A stretch of 64,000 bases of DNA from Balanoglossus misakiensis (taxonomy: Eukaryota; Animalia; Hemichordata): NCBI GenBank assembly GCA_040954595.2, contig CM082586.2, positions 3,764,349-3,828,348 of the forward strand. Reading direction: 5' to 3'. Position numbers and translations under genes: made by a program. The first letter of the stretch is position 1; each line of letters starts with the position of its first letter. Positions 28,305 through 40,136 of the stretch are shown piece after piece. The notes beneath the pieces are model-generated. The model was given only the letters and a program-made list of their open reading frames with translations. It was not told the DNA's origin and did not search any database.

Positions 28305-30649
28305 TCACTGATGACTACTGTATGTATGTCCATTGAATTCCACCGTATTATTGAATATTTTCTTGCACACGTTGCACTGGAAGTCTCCCTGGCTGCCATG
28401 CAGGGCTTTGTGCATTGCAAACACCAGATCGTTTTTGAAAATGATGCCACACAAAACACATTCATTCTGTAACCAGGTGAGTGCCTTGCTGGTTCTACTT
28501 GGCGAGCCCTCATCATTTGCAGTCTTTATGTCTATTTCCACTTGAATTTCTTTGTTTGAGCACGGCACCGCATCTGTTTGACTTTCTCTTTCTACAAGTT
28601 TTGGAGTCTTCTCCTTGGTTGGTTCAGGGATGATGGCATTGTCGGCACCTACAACCCAGTTGCATACACTGGAGGTTGTAGCACTCTCAACCTGCTCAGG
28701 TCCTATTTTGGCAGTGCTGGGACTTGGAGTTGTAACTTCACTTGTTGCATTACCAGCAGTGTTTGAACCACTAGCACATCCGAGTGTTACTGCTGGTTGC
28801 TTGGCTGACCCAAGCACTGCAGGACTGTTCATCACCGGGGCCTTTGTTTGTGCCGGGTTGACAAAAAGTTTGCCTCCGGAGTTCAGCTGCACCGTGTACT
28901 GGTTGGCTGGCATCAGGAAGACCTGATTCGGCGGTTTGGCCGGGGTGCTTTGCTGGCAGCCACTCGGTCTGGTGTCTTGTTGCGTTTGAATGATAATGCT
29001 AGACTGTGCGCTGCTCGGTGAAAGGGCTGATGGTGTTTTCCCCGGGTGTATGATTGTCAACGTGGTGTTGTTTGGGGGCACAACACCGCCTTGGGTGCTC
29101 GCTGGCAGAAGTGTTCGCAACTGGGCGCTGGTGTTACTCGGGGCAGTGTTAGTGAGAATAGAGTCCGACGGAGCTAAGATGCACGTGCCAGTCGAGACTA
29201 CAGGAATGATGGCCTGACTGTGAACAGTGCCCTCTTGTGGCGGTTGTCCCCTGAGAGACCTCAGGACAACGGTCCTCGCTCTGGTCCGGTCCAATCTGTG
29301 CCGTTTGCCGGTTCCTGGCCTCTCAAGCCTCTCCCCGATGCCAGGAACCTCTTGCAGTTCCACGTTCCCGAGCATACCGGACAGAAACAAGTACTCGGCG
29401 AACTCCGACCCTTTCATGTCGGCCTCGGCCATGGCCAGCCGAATGCTGCTGTTTGTGTAGGTTTGCGACAAGTGGGCATCCTGTGATATGGTTCCCATGT
29501 AGCCTCCCAGGGAGTTGTGGCCAACAGGTGACGGTGAGTACCACGTGGCATAGGTACCGGCATCATCCGCATGTACAGTGCTCAAAGGACGCTGCCAAAA
29601 GGTCTGGTAATCCGGATGCAACTTGGACACATATTTCTTGAAAGTATGCACTGGACATCTGGCAAAACCTGATAAATAAGAAAAAGTAGCAGTCATTGTC
29701 TACTAAGCCTATAAGGTCCACTATCCAGGAAATGAAAGCTTGCAACTGCTTTTGCCTGTGGGCAATATCCCTTCTCTGGCAGTTCTTCACAGCCATGCTT
29801 TCATTTTTCTTCTATACATGATATATCTATGTCCTATAGGGCACAGGCAATCATATGATTCCTGTACTTCCTACAAGAAATTATAAGGGTAGAAATCAGT
29901 AGTCAAGAAGAATGGTTACCTGGAATACTATACAAAGTGACTTTTTCTTCCAAGTTGTGTGTCGGGTTATTATAGATGCAAACATATTCCATTCCACTGC
30001 TGTCTTCCCCAAAACTCAAGAAGTCTTTGTTCATGTTTCTCAGAGAGTTACGAGTCACATTCACATTTGCGAAGAGCAACAGATCAACAAACACTTTCCT
30101 CTGGAGGCCCCAGGGCGTATTTTCGTCCAAAGTCTCACTTGAGTAAAGTTTCTGGAGATCGTGCAGTTTCATTACAGGGATGCCCTTCACCTTGGCCAGG
30201 CCGATACTGCGGAGGTATTTGCAGTGCGCTCGGAACTTGTTATTCGTATTGTAGAAGGGAGGGCCATGAAATATGTCTATCTGTTTTTCTCGCAGGAGAT
30301 GGCGTCCAATGCCTGCTCGGATTGCCTGCACGCTTGATAAACTGTACAAAGACCCATCTTTCCGTTTGACATTCTGGTAAAACTCCTCAAGCAGGGTGCT
30401 CAACTCACTCACTGCAAAATTTTCAAAATCTGTCCTCCCTTTGGTTTCTTGGCAGTAGTCCCTGAAAATCCTCACTGAAGTCCTGGTTGCCCTCATAGTA
30501 TAGTCGTTTTGACTATATGCTGATGGATATGGGCAAACGTAGTCCTTGTGATGCGGGTTCTCCTCTTCATCATTCTCACCAACCTCTAATTTTACGCAAA
30601 CTGGGTTGGGATTATCAACTCCATCATTTGTCTCCTTGTCGGCGGCCAT
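28305..30649 (-). CDS. Paralogue B: DUF3504-like domain protein with a C-terminal Ikaros/Hunchback-type C2H2 pair; exons 30649-29920 and 29668-28305 (~697 aa)
   Basis: Motifs YTMRATRTSVRIFRDY, LSTLLEEFYQNVKRKDGSLYSLSSVQAIRAGIGRHL, TPWGLQRKVFVDLLL, CPVHTFKKYVSKLHP..FWQRP, VGHNSLGGYMGTISQDAHLSQTYTN. The C-terminus is CVLC..HKALHGSQGDFQCNVC..HTYSSH*. The phase-1 intron is at the same position as in A. The ATG is in aagATGG context after a CAG acceptor at 30681-30683. Confidence 0.85.
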
Positions 30650-31212
30650 CTTGACTTCTCGTCCAACATCCAATATTGACCTGACACAATATAAACAAAA
30701 TCTATGCTTTAAATCGATGCTAATAAATTGAAGATACAAAATCGCATGTACACAACTCATCATATAGATACATCGATTGCATAACTTATAATAAAACACG
30801 GAGGTACCACACAAATGTAAGTGAAAGTAAGCTAGATTATGATCGCAACACCTTACCCTTGTATATATCACCTTCGTATCATAATAACTGTTTATTGACT
30901 TCAGGCCACCTAGGACAGTAAAAAATATCCCGCGCGTGCAAAATGTCCATATGGAGGAAATATATCGTGTATTGGTAACGATTAAGTATATTTCTGTATA
31001 CTACAAATTTTAATTCTGTCAGTTGGTTAATAAACCACTATTTAATAGATCACAATGATAATATACATGTATCCGGATATATCATCCGCATCGAGGGGTT
31101 TAATGACCTATTAGCACCAAGCTAGGGGTTTCTAGTCACGAGTGAGTCGAGTCGTGTTTGCGTGTCGCTTTCAGTGGGCAATCTGAGGCTGTACCTTTAA
31201 TCCTACGGGAGG

Positions 31213-34200
31213 ATGGCAACGATACAGTACGACGAAAACGACGACGAAGCTCACGATGTGTCAGTTCACGACACGCTTATGGCAAGGTAAACGCGAGAAA
31301 GAGATCACAGTTGAGAGTTTGTAGATTCAGAAAAAAATTGCGCGGCGTTCCATTTATGTACACGTAAATTGACATCATGTACATTACATTACTACAGAAC
31401 AAGTTGCAACATTGATGATACATTGATGATCGGCCTGCGGGTGAATAACATTTCTAAACTAGGACATGCAAGTTGTGAAAAATAGGTCCAACTAGTCATG
31501 TCATTGAACTGTTCACCCATGCTTGGTCGATTTGTCCTTGAGTGCTTGTCCTGATGCGTCGAGTTGTCCTTCAATGGTCTGGTGAGCAAGTTTGGTAGCT
31601 CGGCTACTAATGTTATAGGCCGGACGCTCTCGCCCGCACCCTGCACGTTCTCTTATCTGCAAGGATAAGACAATGTGATTCCTGTGTCGAGCCGAATAAA
31701 AACTGCACGAAGCGCTGCAATAAACCCTCAATAGGTTACCGTTATATTTAGATGGCGCTTGTGTTTGTTGTGTCGATTGACAGTAATATGTTAATAAAGT
31801 CGCTGCGAGTTCGTTGCCCTGCCATTTCCTCGTCTGGTAGGTTGTTAGTGAAGTGAAGAACATTAGACATACCACTATAAACAATAAAGTGTCCATGCCC
31901 ACACCTTGATAATTCTTGGAAATATCAAAATGAATTTCTGATTTTACTTTCTACAGTAGGAAGGTTCGTAACAGGAATCTGTACATTTCAACTGCTGTTG
32001 CCGTGCTGGGACCATTGAGTTTTGGATATGCCCTGGGTTACTCTTCACCAGCGATTCCAGATATGGAGAACAGACACATTTTGACAAAATCTCAAGCGTC
32101 ATGGTTTGGGGTAAGAGCAACTTACAGAATGCTACATAATGCACTGGTAATTTTAGACATTAGGAACTGAAGGGGGCGGGACAATATGCTAATAGGTCTT
32201 CTGCAGATTGTTCTTGGAGTAGAACAAGAAACTGTAGTTGATACAGTTCTGTTGTGTCTCTGGTGACAAAATTATAACATTGTTCGTGGTAGATGAAATA
32301 TTAATTACCAGGCTTATCGTGACTTATCTGATTATTACTTTGCATTTGCAGTCAGTGGTTGCACTCGGGGCAATATTTGGTGGACCAGTAATGGGTTGGC
32401 TTATTGAACGCAGTGGTAGAAAGTTGGGAACAATGTCGTGTTCTCTCCCGTTCGTGCTTGGCTGGTTGGCCATCGCTCTGTCACACGGCAGATTTGAACT
32501 GTTGATCATCGGCAGAATTCTGACTGGGTTCGCCACTGGAATGGTTTCGCTTGTTGTTCCAGTAAGTATGCGTGTATTTACTTTTCACCGCATTACGTCA
32601 TGTTTTATAATGTGCGGCCAATTTGGATCCGAGAACTCCAGCAAAACTTTTGCCAACATGTTTCCTATGATACTGGTATATACCCTGTCCCATCCCTCTT
32701 CCAGGTGTATCTTGCAGAGATATCGACTGCTGCTCGCAGAGGTCTCCTTGGTGCTTGCTTCCAAGTGGCTGTCACTGCAGGGATCTTATTGGCTTATCTG
32801 ATGGGTAATTTAATTTATACAGCCTTTAATTGATATGGCTGATTTTGGTACAGTCATAGCAAATGACGAGAAGAAAATGATGATTTCTTTGCGTATATGA
32901 TGATGAAGATGCCATTAATAATGGTGTTATATTGCTCACTCCATTAGAGACAAACATGGCAATCTTAAGTGATTATGAGAAAAATGCATTCATTGGCACA
33001 TTGAAGTTCAGATCCAATATCATCATCACTGTCATGAAATTTCATCCCTTCTTCTATTCCTTGGATGATAGGATTGGCAGGACTAAGCTACGTCTGGTTG
33101 GCAATCGTTGGTGCTGCCATTCCCTCGCTGATGGTCCTCCTCATGTCATTCATGCCGGAAACGCCTCGTTATTTGCTGAGCAAGAACAGACGGAACGATG
33201 CCTTGGTTGTGTTGGCGCGCCTGCGCGGCAAAGAGATCGATGTTGACGATGAGTGCCGTGACATTGAATCGAATTTGGATCAACAGGTAAAAAGCAAAGT
33301 TCACTTGTGATTTACAACTTGTGTGTGAAAATATCTTCTCACTGTGTTCTGATATAAACTTGCGCATAATTTTGTCTTCCAACAGGAAGAAATGGCATTG
33401 GCTGAATTTTTCAAACCGAGTCTCTACAAACCCCTCTTCATCAGCCTCATGCTGATGGTGTTTCAGCAGTTCAGCGGTATCAACGCTGTGATGTTTTACA
33501 CGGTTGAAATCTTCAGTACCGCTGGCTTCAAAGATGGTCATTTGGCTACTGTAGTTGTAGGGGCTGTCCAGGTCGTCTTCACTGTTATTGGAGCTGCTTT
33601 TATGGACAAAGCTGGGAGAAGGCTTTTGCTCCTCATTGCAGGTGAGTTTTGGGGGTTGGGATGGATTGGAGGGGGAGGGGGAGAAAATGATTCGGCTCTG
33701 ATTATCTCTCTCTCACTTTCTCTCTCTCTTTCGCAATCGATTTTGATCTCTCGATGATATGAAAATAAGGCAAGAAATTAATATTATCACTGTGATTGTA
33801 TTCCAGGAATCGGGATGACAATAAGTTCAGTAACATTTGGACTGTACTACCAGCTAACCAAGGACGAACCTGCCAATTCAACTTATCTGAGTTGGCTGTC
33901 CCTGGCAAGCATGATTGTGTACATCATCGCGTTTTCACTGGGCTGGGGCGCCATACCCTGGCTGATCATGTCCGAGATCTTCCCGTCAAGAGCCAGGGGC
34001 TCAGCTAGTGCGATTGCCACGCTCGTCAACTGGACTTGTGCTTTCATCGTCACTCTCACATTCAACGACATGCTGGTAATTAGTGTTAGCTGTATAATTC
34101 TTTTCAAGTCAACAAAAATTTTCCCAACCTTTTTCAGTATTTAAATGAATTTAACTTAGCTCAGCACTGGCCGAACAATTCTCTTATGCAGTTTGTATAC

Positions 34201-34419
34201 ACGTAAAACAAACTTTACTTTAAATTTATATTATATCTTTAATTCTTTTCTTCTTCACAGACTGCTATGTCCAGTCAGGGTACTTTCTGGTTTTATGGTG
34301 GAGTATGTTTTCTTGGAGTCATCTTCGTCGCCATCTTTGTTCCCGAAACCAAAGGACGGACCCTGGAACAGATTGAAGAATATTTCCAGGGACACAGCAC
34401 AAGTAAAGATGACTTTTAA
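31213..34419 (+). CDS. SLC2A8: Facilitated sugar transporter GLUT8 / Tret1-like (MFS), 8 coding exons
   Basis: Exon 1 is 31213-31286. Exon 2 reads LGPLSFGYALGYSSPAIP...ASWFG. Later motifs are GRK, GRILTG, VYLAEIS..RGLLG, PETPRYLL, QQFSGINAVMFY, DKAGRR, GWGAIPWLIMSEIFP and VPETKGRTLEQI; TAA at 34417-34419. Confidence 0.93.
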
Positions 34420-37165
34420 CTCAAAGAAAACATTGCTTTGTTCTGTCGACTGCATTTTTAGTTATTTGCTCTCCTGCAACCTTCCTCAGGTGTAAACACA
34501 GATTGAGCAATGGTATCGTCCATGGGGTAAGATGTGTCTACTAAGTACACAAGGTCCAAACTGGATGCTGTTTTTATTTGTGTTTAAGTAAATAATGACA
34601 AAAAGCAAAGCTATAAAGGGCTTTACAGCAGATGCATGCAGTGTTCAACACTCTTACATTCCCCTTGTTGGCAAAAGGTTTGTGGTGTAGTTTAAGCTGA
34701 GCTGAGCTAAGTGAGGCTGAGTGAGAAGAAACCAGCTGGTTGTGCTGGCCATTGCTGGCTGGCATCAGTTTCCCAAAATTTGTTCTTTTTATTTGGGGGG
34801 GGGGGGGGGGTACAATCCCATTGTTTTCAATGGTGTAGTTGGACCAATCTATGGGGAAGTCGGGGTGAAAGGGTTGCAATCATTACCTGTAACAGATCAC
34901 GAAACCATTTAGTAGTAGTACCAAGCAGTGGTTGTAGTTTGTAGTGTAAGAGTCAAGTCCTCACAAATGTTAGGTCAAATTATGTAGCAAAAAGGAGGCA
35001 TATTCTTTAGCTATAATCAGACTGTAATTTTGTTCATAGTGAGACATTTTTACTGCAAACTCCCAGTAGTAATATTTAAAAAAAAATATTTACCAAAGAT
35101 TAACAGTCAGGCAGTATGTATTGAGAAACTTTTACCGTCTGAGAAAAAAGTAATGAAATTACTTACATAGGTAAGGAACCATGTTCGTGGGGAATTGATG
35201 GCAACTAAAATTTTAGGAATATATCTGGAGTTGACTCATCCCATTCACAAGTTTGTCCATATGCGGATCCTGTAAAACCATTCAAAACTTGAGATTTTTG
35301 CTGAAGATGACAGAGAAATGCAAGGTACAAAATTCACATCTCAACCTTTGTTTGTCCGATTCAGCGAAGCAGATCTCAATTTCTCATGAAGCAAATGGTG
35401 ATGGGGAACAGGAACTGACATGGTGACCGAGCATTTTAATGGGTAGAGGTAGATTTGGTGTAAGTGGAGATTGGCTATACACAGCTGTGCATGGCGTGTT
35501 GAAATGTGACATGAACTTCCTTACAAGAATCTTGTGTTAACTAATTGCCACTCACTTATCCTTGAATTTTTACAGGCATTTGGTAGCTGCCTCTAAGCTA
35601 ACAGTTTTTTGTAACTTTTGGCTATTTTCGGCATTTCTGTTCTGTGTGGTTTAACAAGCATGGTGAAATGCCCATCAAGACAATTATGAACAGTCTTCAT
35701 TGTCAATTTTGTCAACAATAACAATGATACATTAGCAATGCAAAAAAATAAGTGAGGTATTAGAGTAAAGGCTTTCTAAAAGAATTTGAATCTAATATGA
35801 TGTGATGTAATATAGATTGCTCTTGATTATATAGATTCCATATTTTTGATACTTTATACTTTTCTGCCATAATTATGTAACAACAATAAAAACGTAATCA
35901 CAGTAGTGCAATGACACACAAATAATTCTGGGCCTTTTTCTTTTTTTCATTCTCTCCTAGTACATTTATTTCTGATTTCTTTCAACTCTGATTTCTTTTC
36001 TTTTCTTTCCAATTTTCACTTGCAGAACATCTGTAGAATTTTGTCTCTGCAAAGAAGATGGGAGAAAGTCATGCAACTCTGTTGCCGTGGTTTCTTATAC
36101 CATCTGCGCAGTAGCAATTACCCATCCAGTAGACTTACCATAAGAGTTCAAAACCATTTTGCTTTTGCCACCTAAATGAACAGCATGCTTTACCTCTCCC
36201 ATCTTGCATCTTGAATTTAAATTCTATTGCTGATTGCAAGAATCCTGATTCTCTGGGCAATTAGTAAGGTAATATGTGTCACCAGTATTTGCACACCCCT
36301 TTTTTCCACAGTATACCGTATTCACGGAGAGGCCGTGCCACACTGTAACAATATCAAATGTGTGACAACATAAATTAAAAACCCAAGCAAATTTGTACAA
36401 AGGAAAACAAAACCATTGTCTGGTCTTTATTGTTGTGTAGTGAAGCCTCCAGTTTTACAGCAACAAACAGTCAATTGTGACCAAAATGTTACATCAATTT
36501 TACCATTATCTGTACGGTGAATGGTTGCTACTTTGGTTGTCTAGTGCTTTTTTTAATTACATTGTCACAAAGCAGCCACACTGGCACATATGTTACCAAA
36601 AAAAGCTTTTTTTGTGCAGCAGAAGTATATATAGAGCTTTGGCTTGCAAGCATATATATTAAAGATATTTTATTATCTGTTAGCAACTTTGCAGACTAGG
36701 CTTAGTATGCAGGTATGAATTTTCACAGGTTCATCATAAATTATATGGGAATACTGGTATTTTTATGTTGCAATGTTGGGTGGAGCAGTGCATGCATATG
36801 CATGCTAATAGGGTCAAAGGAACACTCGTCACTGTTATGATGGGAACTGGTGATCGATTGCATGTCTCCATGACATTTGTCTTAGCATCAGAAAAAAAAA
36901 ACTTTTTCACATAGCCTTTGTTTGATTGTACAGTTGATGATAATTCTCAATTGGGAGTAATCCGGTTAATATTGGTCTTATGCCTTTTTTTCTTGCTGTT
37001 GTTACTGGTTAATAAAATACGGACTTGTTGTTTTCATCATATTCTTGACATTGCAAATAATTGGGCTTCCATAATAAGTCTTCCATGAAGACAGACAGTG
37101 GGGAGAGAGTTGCATTTGGCGACTATTTTCGTGTGTTTTCATACTACCGGTAGCTGTAATTAATA

Positions 37166-40091
37166 TAGTCTCGGTTACCCAGACTCCTTCGCGCGGGCTA
37201 TCTCTTCTCGCTTTAGAGATAGCCCGCGCGAAGGAGTCTGGGTTCGAGGCCGCACTGTCTATGTCAGGTACAAATCAATCTGGCAATGTAAGCGCTTGGC
37301 GTCTGTTCTGGTCAAAATGTTTTTGTTTTATTAATTTAATGAGTTAGAAATAATTTTATCTAGACTGGAATTAAATTTACTAGTATCTCGGATTAATACA
37401 TTGGCCAATCCCACAGTCCTTTGCGCAAATCAAAATGGCGGCGCCTGTAAATTTCGGTGCTCGCCTCGAATAAAGTTTAAAAAGTGGCCGTTGAACAAGT
37501 TGTGAGACGTTTTGTGGCGATTCTTTGTCCCGTATGAATGAATTGTGAATGATAACGGCGATCGGTGCACGACTTTTGGTCCACAGATGGAAATTTCTTG
37601 TCCAAACCAATGCGTTATAAAAGTCACTCGCGTACTGCATGCAGCCATTAGTTCAATAAATTGGGTGACGTCACGAAAGTTTCTAACATTCCAACACTTG
37701 GTGGCGACATTTACAATTCTAGAACATACCTCGTTAACGCGTTCGTATCTCACTATGTCATGTGCGAATCTATCTGGCAATGTACGCGCTTGGCGTCTGT
37801 TCTGGTGAAAATTTTTGTTTTATTAGTTTAGTGTGTTAGAGATGATTTTATTTAGTCTGGAATTAAATTTACTAGCATCTCGAATTAATACATTGGCCGA
37901 TCCCACAGTCCTTTGCGCACGCTTCCTTAAATCAAAATGGCGGCTGTTATTGTCCGTTCTCTCGCCTCGCATAAAGTTGAAAAAGGGGCCATAATACGCG
38001 TTGTGAGACGTTTTGAGGCAGCTCGTCTTCCCGAATGAATGAGTTGTGAACGAAAACGGCCATCGGTGCACGAGTTTTGTTCCACAGATGGATATTTCTA
38101 GTCGAAACCACTGCGCAGAAATCGCTAGCTGCAGCTTCCTATGCTAGGCTATGGACTGTGGTGTGGTGCCTAAGGACTGTGGTGTGGAGGCATCGCCGTA
38201 AAACACAACCCTGCCACGCAGCGCCTAGGGACGGCAGTGTATACGACACGAGACAACCGTACTTTAGGGGACGGTGACCGTGGGTAAAGCGAGCATGTTG
38301 TCAGTGGGATAGCTCTGCGCAGCAGGGCCGTGTGTCACGGCGATGCCTGACTGGACACCATTGGGCATGGACTGTTTACGGTGGCTTGACTTTGTTGCCT
38401 AACCCAATACATAGAGAGATTAAATATTAACGGTGATTATGATTTTGCCTAACTGTTCAACATGGGACATGGATGGCAGTTGACGGTGCTGACATTTCCT
38501 GCCTAACTAAAGCGCGGAGTGATACAAGGACTATGAGGCGGTGATACGGCTTTGCCTAACTGTTCACCACTGGGCATGGATGACTTCACAGTGGTTAGGC
38601 ATTTATTGCCTAACTCTATACACGTACTGATTATGATATATTTACGGGTGTTATGAATTTGCCAAACTGTTTACCATTGCATTGGGACTGTTTCACAGTA
38701 GGTAGACATTTGTTACTTAAAATCTCAATAATAATATGCACAAACAGTATATATATTGCCATGTAGACTGGAATTAATTTTTACTAGCATCTTGAATAAA
38801 TTTTATGTGTTGTCTAATTTATTTTGGACGATCCATGCTCATTGGTGAACAGTAAGGCAAACACATATCACCATAAATATTATTATCACTCTATGTATTC
38901 TAGATGATATAGTAAAATTAATTCCAGTCGACATAAAAATTATTTCTAACACATTAAATTATAAACCATAATTTTGACCAGAACAGGCCCAAAGCGCGTA
39001 GATTGTCATATAGATTCGCACTTTTGACAAACAGTCTTATTTGGAAGGCATTGGGTACTGTTCTGGCATAGACGCTAAGGTCTGTTCTGGAATTGTAAAT
39101 GTCGCCACCAAGTGTTGGAATGTTAGAAACTTTACATTGGGCGCCGCCATTTTGATTTGCGCAAAGGACTGTGGGATTTGCCAATGTACTAATCCGAGAT
39201 ACTAGTAAATTTAATTCCAGTCTAAATAAAATCATCTCTAACAGACTAAATTAATAAAACAAATTTTTCACCAGTATAGACACCAAGCGCGTACATTGCC
39301 AGATAGATTCGCACATGACATAGTGAGATACTAACGACATGGAATCAGGTCTGTTTTGGAATTGTAAATGTCGCCACCAAGCGTTAGAATGTTAGAAACT
39401 TTCGTGACGTCATCCAATGCAGTGCGCGAGTGATATTTATAACGCAGTGGTTTCGACAAGAAATTTCCATCTGTGGACCAAAATTCGTGCACCGATCGCC
39501 GTTATCATTCACAATTCATTCATACGGGACAAAGAATCGCCACAAAACGTCTCACAACTTGTTAAACGGACACTTTTTTAACTTTATGCGAGGCGAGGAC
39601 GTACATATACAGGCGCCGCCATTTTGATTTGCGCAAAGGACTGTGGGATTTGCCAATGTATTAATCCGAGATACTAGTAAATTTAATTCCAGTCTAAATA
39701 AAATCATCTCTAACAGACTAAATTAATAAAACAAATTTTTCACCAGTATAGACACCAAGCGCGTACATTGCCAGATAGATTCGCACATGACATAGTGAGA
39801 TACTAACGACATGAACCAGTTGGAATCGTAAATGTCGCCACCAAGTGTTGGAATGTTAGAAACTTTTACATTGGGCGCCGCCATTTTGATTTGCGCAAAG
39901 GACTGTGGGATTTGCCAATGTACTAATCCGAGATACTAGTAAATTTAATTCCAGTCAAAATAAAATCATCTCTAACAGACTAAATTAATAAAACAAATTT
40001 TTCACCAGTATAGACACCAAGCGCGTACATTGCCAGATAGATTCGCACATGACATAGTGAGATACTAACGACCAGGTCTGAGTCTGGGTAA
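37166..40091. mobile_element. Large foldback-type non-autonomous element with tandemly repeated inverted arms (Academ-like TAG start)
   Basis: Starts TAGTCTCGGTTACCCAGACTC, followed by a perfect 29-bp hairpin (37177-37205/37215-37243). The left arm has two ~490-bp units (from ~37277 and ~37771). The right arm (~38920-40075) has reverse-complement copies of the same unit. The end GAGTCTGGGTAA (40080-40091) is the reverse complement of 37175-37186. No clean TSD seen. Confidence 0.75.
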
Positions 40092-40136
40092 GGCCATTGG
40101 AAGTGCGCCACCAACGGAGAAACGACGAGAACCGTC

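Noticed and set aside
25160-30871. Reading the DUF3504 genes as autonomous Crypton transposons
   Set aside because: Catalytic motifs are eroded, no element termini are seen, and both have host-like zinc-finger tails and a shared intron.
31213-31286. GLUT8 [DE]xxxL[LI] endosomal sorting signal
   Set aside because: The sequence is VHDTLM after an acidic patch; the spacing does not fit the consensus.
38350-38720. CRISPR-like repeat/spacer appearance
   Set aside because: Repeats are degenerate and irregular, the context is eukaryotic, there are no cas genes, and the region is inside the foldback element.
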